Shown in pieces: positions 22,986-30,079 of a stretch of DNA of 32,000 nt. The notes beneath the pieces were generated by a model. It did no database searches and was not told where the DNA came from. It saw only the letters and a list, made by a program, of their open reading frames with translations. The stretch lies in NCBI GenBank assembly GCA_022843095.1, contig JALHOH010000001.1:60001-92000 (forward strand), in the 5' to 3' direction. The DNA comes from Candidatus Saccharimonadota bacterium (GTDB lineage Bacteria > Patescibacteriota > Patescibacteriia > 2-12-FULL-60-25). Within the stretch, counting starts at the first letter, position 1. Every line of letters begins with the position of its first letter. The position numbers and the translations under genes were made by a program.

Positions 22986-24425
22986 ATGTCCATTGCGCGC
23001 AAACTTGCCTGGAATACCGGTGTCCAACTCCTAGGAAAAGCCGTTTCTACGGTCTTTGGCGTCATCATCGTCGGTCTCATGACGCGCCACCTAGGCCAAG
23101 AAGGATTCGGGATCTATTCCACCGCGAACGCGTTTTTGCAGATGTTTGCGCTGCTCATTGACCTTGGATTAAACGTCACGTTGGTCGCGCTCCTTGGAGA
23201 ACACGCGGGAGACGACGCCTACGAACGTCGCTGTTCCAGCGCCATTTTTACCCTCCGATTCTTGATGGCGGCGCTCATTTTTGGAGTGGTCGCGCCACTC
23301 ATCGGGTTTTTACTCCCGTATCCGTTGGAACTGCGCCTCGCCATCATCGCCCTTTCCGGTTCGTTCTTTTTTCCGGTCCTGAACCAAATCGTCATCGGCG
23401 TGCAACAACGTCACATGAGAATGGGATCGTCCGCCGTTGCAGAAAACATCGGTCGAGTCGTCCTTCTCGCCGGACTCTTGCTTGCGCGCGAATTATCTTG
23501 GGGATTGGTCGCGGTCATGCTGTTCGTCTCGATTGGTTCTGCGCTGAATTTTTTCTATAACTTTTCGCAAGCGCGAAAATTTGGCGATTTTCATTGGAAT
23601 ATCGACGTGGCGTTTTGGAAGATGGCACTCGCACGGAGTTGGCCGGTTGGGCTGTCCATTTTGTTCGGGCTCGTCTACTTCAAGGCGGACACGCTGGTCT
23701 TGGAACGCGTGCGTCCGCTCGCCGAGGTCGGGATTTACGGCGCCGCGTATCGTGTCCTCGAAATCCTGATCACGGTCCCGTTCATGTACGCCGGCGTCCT
23801 CCTTCCCTTACTTTCCAAAGCACGCTCCGCAAAGGCGCTTGATCAATTTGGAACACTGATGGCGCGTTCACTGGACGTGATGGCAGTACTGACCGCGCCC
23901 CTTATCGCCGGGGTGTGGATTCTGGGGCCGGATATCATGGCGATCGTTGCCGGCGATGAATTCCGCGCATCTGGCGAGGTGCTAAAGATCCTCATTCTCG
24001 CCATCGGCGTTATCTATTTCAACACCGTTTTTTCTCATGCCATTGTCGCGCTCGACGCTCAACGCAAGATGCTCCCCGTGTACATCGTGGTGTCCCTTCT
24101 GACCCTGTGCGGGTACGTCCTCTTAATTCCGACGTACGGCATGTGGGCGGCTGCGTGGCTCACACTACTCTCTGAAACCGCTGTCGGCGCCGGCTCCCTC
24201 TACTTTAGCTTTCGGATGGCGCCCTATCGTTTTGCCCTACGCCCATCGCTTGCCGCGATCGGTAGCGCCGCACTCATGTCCGGGGTGATCCTCGCGCTTC
24301 CGACCCTTCCCCTGCTTGCGCGCATCGGGATCGGGGCTGTGACCTACGGCGCAAGCCTCATTGCCCTTGGAGGGATCAAACACGAAACGCTGCGAGAATT
24401 GCTGGCTATAAAAAACACCGCGTAG
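22986..24425 (+). CDS. MOP-superfamily oligosaccharide/lipid-linked glycan flippase (Wzx/MurJ-like)
   Basis: 479 aa with about 12-14 TM helices. The N-terminus ARKLAWNTGVQLLGKAVSTVFGVIIVGLMTRHLGQEGFGIYSTA is typical of polysaccharide-biosynthesis flippases. Confidence 0.7.
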   Translation: MSIARKLAWNTGVQLLGKAVSTVFGVIIVGLMTRHLGQEGFGIYSTANAFLQMFALLIDLGLNVTLVALLGEHAGDDAYERRCSSAIFTLRFLMAALIFGVVAPLIGFLLPYPLELRLAIIALSGSFFFPVLNQIVIGVQQRHMRMGSSAVAENIGRVVLLAGLLLARELSWGLVAVMLFVSIGSALNFFYNFSQARKFGDFHWNIDVAFWKMALARSWPVGLSILFGLVYFKADTLVLERVRPLAEVGIYGAAYRVLEILITVPFMYAGVLLPLLSKARSAKALDQFGTLMARSLDVMAVLTAPLIAGVWILGPDIMAIVAGDEFRASGEVLKILILAIGVIYFNTVFSHAIVALDAQRKMLPVYIVVSLLTLCGYVLLIPTYGMWAAAWLTLLSETAVGAGSLYFSFRMAPYRFALRPSLAAIGSAALMSGVILALPTLPLLARIGIGAVTYGASLIALGGIKHETLRELLAIKNTA

Positions 24426-24438
24426 AACACGCGGTGTT
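24414..24438 (-). terminator. intrinsic terminator after hexapeptide-repeat gene (overlaps flippase stop)
   Basis: AACACCGCG-TAGAACA-CGCGGTGTT. On the minus strand it is followed by TTTTTAT. The flippase TAG stop sits in the loop. Confidence 0.55.
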
Positions 24439-24442
24439 GCCG

Positions 24443-25279
24443 TCAGCTTCGCCTCACCACCATCCGTTCTTCGACCGCCTTCTGCGTTCGATAGATTCCC
24501 GCGGGCACGACGACGCCATGCGGCACCACGAGCCCCGGAAACAGAACGGTCGCCGGTTCGATGATCGTCCCCGCCCCGATCCGACACCGATCCCCGATCC
24601 GCGGACCGAGTTTCGTGATTCCGGAAAGGGTAAGTTCGCGATCTTCATCGCGCAGGCGAAGACCTTCGGGCTTCGGAACGAGCGGCTTGTGCAGCAGGAG
24701 CGTTCCAGGACCCACATAGACATCATCACCGATCACGGCGTGGTTCGCCTGGACTCCGTCATCCAGTTCCGTCCGGGATCCGAGAATGACCCCCATGGCC
24801 GTAGCATTGCTCCCGATGGTTACCCGATCGCCCGCGATGAGCGGCCCCACCTTGCTCGATCCCCGAATCTTCACGTCCACCCCAAGATACAGCGGACTGA
24901 ACACACGGACATCGTCGTCGATCGCTCGGCTCCACCCCCCGTACAATTGGTTCGAACCAATGCTGCGTGTGCAACCGTGATCGTGATCCGGGGTCGCCGG
25001 GTTGGTATGCGACATGATCGTGCCGCGACATTCCGTCGACATGCGAGCGAACGCGTCGGTGGCCGACACATCTCGTTCCTGGCGCACATGAAAATGCGGC
25101 CAAAAAACGGGCAGCTCGAGCAAGATCGTGCTATGCGGGAGCATGGCCTTCACCTTGGTCCCGGAATCGCGCGGCTTGCAGGCAAACAGCGCGTTCGCGG
25201 ACAGTCCCGCCTTTTCCTCAATGGACTTGAGGTGTGGAACGGAAATCAACTGACCGCTCTCAGACTTCGTTTGATTCAT
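24443..25279 (-). CDS. hexapeptide-repeat (left-handed beta-helix) transferase-like protein
   Basis: Imperfect [LIV]-G-x4 periodicity: IAGDRVTIGSNATAMGVILG, VIGDDVYVGPGTLL, IGDRCRIGAGTIIEP. The ATG is preceded by AAGGAG and lies 3 nt after the yvcK-like stop. Confidence 0.5.
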   Translation of the reverse strand: MNQTKSESGQLISVPHLKSIEEKAGLSANALFACKPRDSGTKVKAMLPHSTILLELPVFWPHFHVRQERDVSATDAFARMSTECRGTIMSHTNPATPDHDHGCTRSIGSNQLYGGWSRAIDDDVRVFSPLYLGVDVKIRGSSKVGPLIAGDRVTIGSNATAMGVILGSRTELDDGVQANHAVIGDDVYVGPGTLLLHKPLVPKPEGLRLRDEDRELTLSGITKLGPRIGDRCRIGAGTIIEPATVLFPGLVVPHGVVVPAGIYRTQKAVEERMVVRRS

Positions 25280-25282
25280 GCC

Positions 25283-26284
25283 TCACTCCTTTTTCTCCGC
25301 TACCAGTTCCATGATCGCCTTCGCGAGTTTCTGCGGATCGTGCCGCATGAGACTGCGACGCAGCGTATCGCCCACAACCTGCTCGGCCGGCGCCCCTGCA
25401 AGCAAGGCGCGGCGCACGACCCGCGTCGCGCCGAACGATAGACCGAGGTCGTCTTCGACCGGCGGTTCGTTTGCGCGTCGATAGTGTTCCGCGACCGCCG
25501 TCGATGGCCGCTCGTTGTTCACAAGCACCACGTCCAACCGAGCCGGATCCAACACCGCGGACAGACGCGTCAAGAACTGCGAAGCAGTGTACCCGTCGGT
25601 TTGTCCCAACTTGGTGGCGAGATTCATCACGAACAGGCGGATGGCGTGCGTACTCGCCAATGCCTCACGAATCCCACGCACCAGCAAATTGGGAATGATG
25701 CTCGTGTACAGGTCACCGGGACCAAGGACGATCACGTGCGCGTCGCGGATCGCCGCGATAGCCGCCGGGTTCGCCTCAACTTCCGGCGAAAGGCGGCAGG
25801 ATCGAATCGGCGAGCGTGAAGCGATCGCTTCATCAATGCGATGTTCTCCCGTCAGTTCAGATCCATCTTCCAACGTGGCGGAAAGCCGCGCCGGAAGCGC
25901 CGAGACAGGAATCACCTCCCCATCGACCTGCAGCACCTGATGCAAGCGCCGAATTCCCTCCAGCGTGCCATGCTTTTGCTGCATGGCGGTGAGCAGAATG
26001 TTGCCCAGCGCATGCGGGGCAAGAGAACCCGTTTCGTACCGATAGTTCATGATGTCGCGCATGTCTTCCGGGGCACGTGACAAGGCGATGAACGCCTGTC
26101 GCAAATCCCCCGGAGGCAACACGCCGTACATGTCGCGCAGTTCGCCGGTCGATCCCCCATCGTCTGCGATGGAGACGATCGCATGACACCGGACGCGCGC
26201 ATGTTCTCGAAACCCGGTCAGGACCGTGAACGTTCCGGTCCCTCCCCCAATCACCACCAATTTTTGACGCCGTTCTGTGTTCAA
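25283..26284 (-). CDS. yvcK: YvcK/CofD-family protein (UPF0052, gluconeogenesis-factor-like)
   Basis: KLVVIGGGTGTFTVLTGF, IVSIADDGGSTGELR, LPPGDLRQ, VIVLGPGDLYTSIIPNLLV. Starts with TTG; there is no in-frame ATG near the N-terminus. Confidence 0.85.
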   Translation of the reverse strand: MNTERRQKLVVIGGGTGTFTVLTGFREHARVRCHAIVSIADDGGSTGELRDMYGVLPPGDLRQAFIALSRAPEDMRDIMNYRYETGSLAPHALGNILLTAMQQKHGTLEGIRRLHQVLQVDGEVIPVSALPARLSATLEDGSELTGEHRIDEAIASRSPIRSCRLSPEVEANPAAIAAIRDAHVIVLGPGDLYTSIIPNLLVRGIREALASTHAIRLFVMNLATKLGQTDGYTASQFLTRLSAVLDPARLDVVLVNNERPSTAVAEHYRRANEPPVEDDLGLSFGATRVVRRALLAGAPAEQVVGDTLRRSLMRHDPQKLAKAIMELVAEKKE

Positions 26285-26396
26285 GGTCCACCCTCCTCCA
26301 CGCCTGCTACTGCACCGGAAAAACGGTTGCCCGTCAATCCAGAAACCCTTGCCACGGACGCGTTCATTTGAGAGGCTTTTGTCGGAGGTTCGCCCT

Positions 26397-27233
26397 TTGG
26401 ATACCGATTGGCTTCATACCTTACCTGCACGCGTGGAAGCGCTTCGTGCGATCAAGCGCTTCCACATTTACGACCCGATGTACTATCGGTCGGACGACGA
26501 CATGCACAGCCGCCGCGTGGCCAAGATCGCCTATGCGATCGCACCCCTGCATCCGGCGGCGGCAACACTCGATCTGCAGCGCCTGTTTCTCCTTGGCATC
26601 ATCCACGATGACGATGAGATCATCGCTGGAGATGTCCAGGCGAGTGCCAAGCGCAAAATGTCCGCGACGCAACTGGCCGCGGTCAATCGCGAAAAAGCGA
26701 ATGCGATCGAACACCTTGCAGAGCGATTTCCGACGATGGTCGGGAATACGCGGTATCGCGATCTGCTGCTGGAAGCACAGACTTGCGAAACCCTGGAATC
26801 TCAGCTCGTTAAACTCGCGGATCGTATAGACGCCTGGGGCGAAGGGCTCCACGAACTCTATGCGGGAAACCATGGGTTTCTGCGACGACATATCGATCCG
26901 GAATTCGGCCCGTTGGACCTTCCGGTCGAAAATTCGCCAGACATGATTCTCGAGGTCGCGCGGCGCTATCCTTCCGTCCGCCCCGTTCTCGACGCCATCG
27001 CGCCACGCTTGTCCCTTGGGTTTACCTTGGACGATGGCCGACGCGTATGTGAACGAGGCACGCCACACACCGAGCAATCGGTGCAGGCGCCAAGCGGATG
27101 CGCAGGCTACGACTTCTGGAAAGGACTTCTTCTGACCAAGGACGACGGCCAAGAACTTCGTAACCTCGTCCATCAACAAGAATTTCCGCCCGCCACCGAC
27201 GCGCACCCTGCGCGCACCGGCACGGACGGATGA
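26397..27233 (+). CDS. HD-domain phosphohydrolase, YfbR-like 5'-deoxynucleotidase family
   Basis: MHSRRVAKIAYAI (first His), LGIIHDDDEIIAGDV (HD, E, D) and LVKLADRIDAWGEGLHELYAGNHGF parallel E. coli YfbR EHS / YHDASEVLTGD / KQADAL...ELAAGNNEF. The start is uncertain. TTG 26397 has GGAGG 8 nt upstream. The track's GTG 26277 would overlap the yvcK start. Confidence 0.75.
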   Translation: MDTDWLHTLPARVEALRAIKRFHIYDPMYYRSDDDMHSRRVAKIAYAIAPLHPAAATLDLQRLFLLGIIHDDDEIIAGDVQASAKRKMSATQLAAVNREKANAIEHLAERFPTMVGNTRYRDLLLEAQTCETLESQLVKLADRIDAWGEGLHELYAGNHGFLRRHIDPEFGPLDLPVENSPDMILEVARRYPSVRPVLDAIAPRLSLGFTLDDGRRVCERGTPHTEQSVQAPSGCAGYDFWKGLLLTKDDGQELRNLVHQQEFPPATDAHPARTGTDG

Positions 27234-27266
27234 CCCCCCTCCTCCTTGCGACGGGGGGATTTTTAA

Positions 27267-27292
27267 AACACCGAACGCGTTCGTTCGGTGTT
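27267..27292. terminator. bidirectional terminator hairpin (HD gene / kinase-fold gene junction)
   Basis: Perfect 11-bp stem AACACCGAACG-CGTT-CGTTCGGTGTT, flanked by AAAA and TTT. Confidence 0.65.
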
Positions 27293-27299
27293 TCGTGAA

Positions 27300-28307
27300 T
27301 CAACGAGCCAGCAATCGTTCTACCTCTGCGACGAGCGCCGCTTCGAGCGGAGCGATCGCCGTATCCCCTTGCGCCTGGCTCATCGCGGGGACATCCAGAA
27401 GCAACGATCCGTACAGCCGATTCAGACACATCGCCTCAAATGCCTGCATCGGCACAAGATCCGGGACAACCCGTTGTACGACACCGCGCCACGTTTCCGT
27501 GACATCAGCGATCGCCTTCGCAGTCCACGCATCCGTCGGCCGCGCAAGCCAGAGCGTCCACAACGGGAACGCTGCGTCATACGCCTCCTGTCGGAAGGAA
27601 AGGTACTGCATCCCGAACACGGCGTAGGATGCATCGAATCGCACGCGTACGTCGCCTCCGGAAAGATGCGGATGCATCGGACGGAGCGAAAATCCCTCGA
27701 TCAGGTCAAGCATCCGATCGAGCAGTCGCTCCGTGAGCGTTCGATGGCGGTCATACGCCTCGGGGAACGACTGTTCCGCCAGCGTACGCCACCCCTCCGT
27801 CTGCGTTTCGGTAAACACGCGCGCGGTCGGGACCCCCTCTCCGGGAAGGAACGGTGCAGGAAACGCCTGGCGCAACCGTCGGTAGAACGTAAAGAACCGG
27901 GCCGCGGCAAGCGCGGGATCCCCGCTCGGATCGTAGAGCGGAACACCTTCGACATATTCCTCGAAGACATACCCATACCCACGCGCCTCGGAAAACGGGA
28001 TCTTCCAAACGAGCCTCGGCGGACGGATGCCGTCATCCTGACATGCATCCGCAAACATCGCCGAAAGCACCTCGCGGTCAGTCTCCATCTGCAACGCCTC
28101 GATCCGCGCGCAGATCCGTTCGCCCTTCCACGTCCCAACGTATCGCACCTGCCACACCTTGTCGGGCGTGTAGATGGTCCGCCGATGCACTTCACGTTCG
28201 GGGACAAACCCCGTTTCCTTGGCGATTTCATCCAGAATCCCTTGGATGCGCTCGGAAGTGAGTCCGATAAACGTTGGGTATTTCGAGGGAATATTGTTCA
28301 ACTTCAT
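27300..28307 (-). CDS. hypothetical protein, possible aminoglycoside/choline-kinase-like (APH) fold with non-canonical catalytic loop
   Basis: 335 aa. The ATG is preceded by GGAGG 8 nt upstream. PMHPHLSGGDVRVRFD aligns by eye to the APH loop h-H-G-D-l-h-x-x-N-v-l...D, but with His for the catalytic Asp and Asp for Asn. Confidence 0.4.
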   Translation of the reverse strand: MKLNNIPSKYPTFIGLTSERIQGILDEIAKETGFVPEREVHRRTIYTPDKVWQVRYVGTWKGERICARIEALQMETDREVLSAMFADACQDDGIRPPRLVWKIPFSEARGYGYVFEEYVEGVPLYDPSGDPALAAARFFTFYRRLRQAFPAPFLPGEGVPTARVFTETQTEGWRTLAEQSFPEAYDRHRTLTERLLDRMLDLIEGFSLRPMHPHLSGGDVRVRFDASYAVFGMQYLSFRQEAYDAAFPLWTLWLARPTDAWTAKAIADVTETWRGVVQRVVPDLVPMQAFEAMCLNRLYGSLLLDVPAMSQAQGDTAIAPLEAALVAEVERLLAR

Positions 28308-28375
28308 AGGAACGACCTCCGTGAGGGATCTTGCCCCCAGAGGTCACAAGTGACAAGATTTTGCCGGAGGTACAG

Positions 28376-29167
28376 ATGGATAGTGAGGAAGCGAGACGAC
28401 GCGCACGCGATCAAACGCGGCGATACACGGGGTACACTCCCATGTTCTTTCGCTCGACGGTGGGCATCCATGCAAGCCGCGTCGAACAGATTACCCTGCA
28501 GCTGAATGAGCGCATGGGCATTCGGCCCAAATTCGGAGAACTCTCCAAATCACGGCTTGCCGCGATTGCCCGCGTCCACGGCGATCTACATCTCTTGGGA
28601 GCGCATCCGCACGTCTCCCCCGCCGAAGAAGAAAACTGGACGGATGAGCAAATCGTGCAGCATTGGAGAAAACGGGACGATCGGATCCGCGCCCTCGTGG
28701 ATACGTATCCGGCAACGGAACAAGGTCTGGACTACGAAGATCTTCTGCGAGATGCGACGGAACTCCGTACGCTTGAATCGCAGATCGTCCACTACGCCTC
28801 CCTCGTGAACCAGTACGGCGAAATCCTGCACGAACTCCACGCAGGAAACGGCGCATTCCTGAAACGGATCAAGGATCCAAAAAAGGAGTACACGCTCCTT
28901 CCTCCCCTGGATGCCGTTCGCCGCCTGCTGCAGCGGATCCCTGGCCGGTTCCAGGAGCTTGGGGCCATCTACTGGCGAATCGAGCGCCAACTTCGACTGG
29001 ATCAACCCGTGGATGCGCGGTATTACGTCGAACACGCCGTGCCGCTCACCACATCCATGTTGATCCATCCAACCACGTGCACGGCATACACGCTGTGGCG
29101 TTCGTACCTGCAACTGAACAGCCGACCGGAAGAAGTCACACGACTCTCGACACCGGTCGAGTCCTAG
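28376..29167 (+). CDS. degenerate paralogue of the YfbR-like HD protein (metal ligands substituted)
   Basis: Collinear with 26397-27233: YTPMFFRS vs YDPMYYRS, and LESQIVHYASLVNQYGEILHELHAGNGAF vs LESQLVKLADRIDAWGEGLHELYAGNHGF. However IHDDDEIIAGDV is replaced by VHGDLHLLGAHP, and KLAD by HYAS. ATG 28376 is preceded by GGAGG 5 nt upstream. Confidence 0.6.
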   Translation: MDSEEARRRARDQTRRYTGYTPMFFRSTVGIHASRVEQITLQLNERMGIRPKFGELSKSRLAAIARVHGDLHLLGAHPHVSPAEEENWTDEQIVQHWRKRDDRIRALVDTYPATEQGLDYEDLLRDATELRTLESQIVHYASLVNQYGEILHELHAGNGAFLKRIKDPKKEYTLLPPLDAVRRLLQRIPGRFQELGAIYWRIERQLRLDQPVDARYYVEHAVPLTTSMLIHPTTCTAYTLWRSYLQLNSRPEEVTRLSTPVES

Positions 29168-29832
29168 CGCGCGCCGCTCTCCATCTTTGGGCGGCGTTTT
29201 TGCAACCCAAAGGCCACCCGCCGACTGCGCAACGGATGCGTGTGCAAATTCCAGGGGCGCCACAAGGGAAACCATCTTGAACGCACCCACCGGTCGCGTG
29301 GTGGAAGCAATCCAGCCGGGATGCGCCGTTCCGCCAACGCGAGCGCAAGCAAGTGGTGATCCCATGGACACCACCATTTCTCAATCAAGAGCGTCCCCTC
29401 TTCTAGCCTTCGCATGATGGAAGGATGAAGGCGAGAGGTCTCCGGCTCAGATTCCGGAAGGATGCAAATGATCCGCGTGACGGATTCAGGAAGTCCGGCG
29501 TGCGCAATTGCATCCATCAAAAAACGCACACCCAGCGAATGCGCCACCACCGTCGTCGCTCCAAATCGTTCCATTGCTTCGATCAACGCCTCTTGCCACA
29601 CAGGATCAGCCGCGCGCCTACGCTCTTCTGCAAGAAGCGAGAGATGAGCCGTTGGCGATAGAAACTGGCCGGTCGTCCATACACGCGGGAGATACCACGG
29701 AAACGCATAAGCCGTACCCGCCAACAAAAAGGGACGAAACGCCCTAAATCCGAGCGTGCTTCCAATAGTTGGACGCAACCACGGATGCGTGACGCCCGTC
29801 GCATATCCATGCACCAAAAACAGGCGGTTCAT
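29164..29832 (-). CDS. alpha/beta-hydrolase-fold serine hydrolase-like protein
   Basis: N-terminus LFLVHGYATG and nucleophile elbow VVAHSLGV (x-H-S-x-G), with a later CPWDHH. The C-terminal tail is Trp/Arg-rich. The gene end overlaps the convergent gene by 4 nt. Confidence 0.55.
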   Translation of the reverse strand: MNRLFLVHGYATGVTHPWLRPTIGSTLGFRAFRPFLLAGTAYAFPWYLPRVWTTGQFLSPTAHLSLLAEERRRAADPVWQEALIEAMERFGATTVVAHSLGVRFLMDAIAHAGLPESVTRIICILPESEPETSRLHPSIMRRLEEGTLLIEKWWCPWDHHLLALALAERRIPAGLLPPRDRWVRSRWFPLWRPWNLHTHPLRSRRVAFGLQKRRPKMESGAR

Positions 29833-29856
29833 AACCGCATTTCATCATGTCGGGAG

Positions 29857-29883
29857 AAAAAGAAAAACCCTCCGCAGGGAGGG
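29857..29883 (-). terminator. intrinsic terminator ending the helicase 3' region / structured spacer
   Basis: CCCTCC-GCAG-GGAGGG. On the minus strand it is followed by TTTTTCTTTTT. Confidence 0.6.
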
Positions 29884-29885
29884 AA

Positions 29886-29990
29886 CTTCGACAAAAGTCC
29901 GTGGACGCGTTCGCGAGCGACCGGTCTGCCGGAGAGAGATGGCAAAAGCCAGCCCCCCGGGAAAAGTAGCTCCACGGACTTGTGTCGAAG
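29886..29990. ncRNA. candidate structured RNA: 105-nt rod closed by perfect 8-bp and 9-bp helices
   Basis: CTTCGACA (29886-93) pairs with TGTCGAAG (29983-90). GTCCGTGGA (29897-905) pairs with TCCACGGAC (29971-79), separated by a symmetric 3x3 internal loop. Apical element TGGC-AAAA-GCCA. Strand and identity are unknown. Confidence 0.3.
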
Positions 29991-30079
29991 GCGAACGGCG
30001 GCCGTGCAAGCTAACCGTTCGCAAGTTGTTTTCCTCTTTCGTACCGAGCGAGGTCGAGGAATATCTCGCTCGTGTGCGC

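Noticed and set aside
24434-25441. 335-aa plus-strand ORF antisense to the hexapeptide-repeat gene
   Set aside because: It extends into the yvcK-like coding region and has Arg/His-rich composition. The minus frame shows hexapeptide periodicity and an AAGGAG site.
27288-29377. Antisense ORFs 27288-28505 (+, 405 aa) and 28586-29377 (-, 263 aa)
   Set aside because: Both cross gene boundaries and terminators of better-supported genes and lack motifs. The chosen frames have GGAGG sites and paralogue or fold support.
29886-29990. Idea that the 105-nt rod is SRP (4.5S) RNA or part of RNase P RNA (AAAGUCCG resembles the P4 GGAAAGUCCGG)
   Set aside because: It has no GNRA tetraloop with the flanking AGCA/GGAA symmetric-loop motif of SRP domain IV. 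The region is far too short, and it lacks the other conserved blocks of RNase P RNA. It is kept only as an unassigned structured element.
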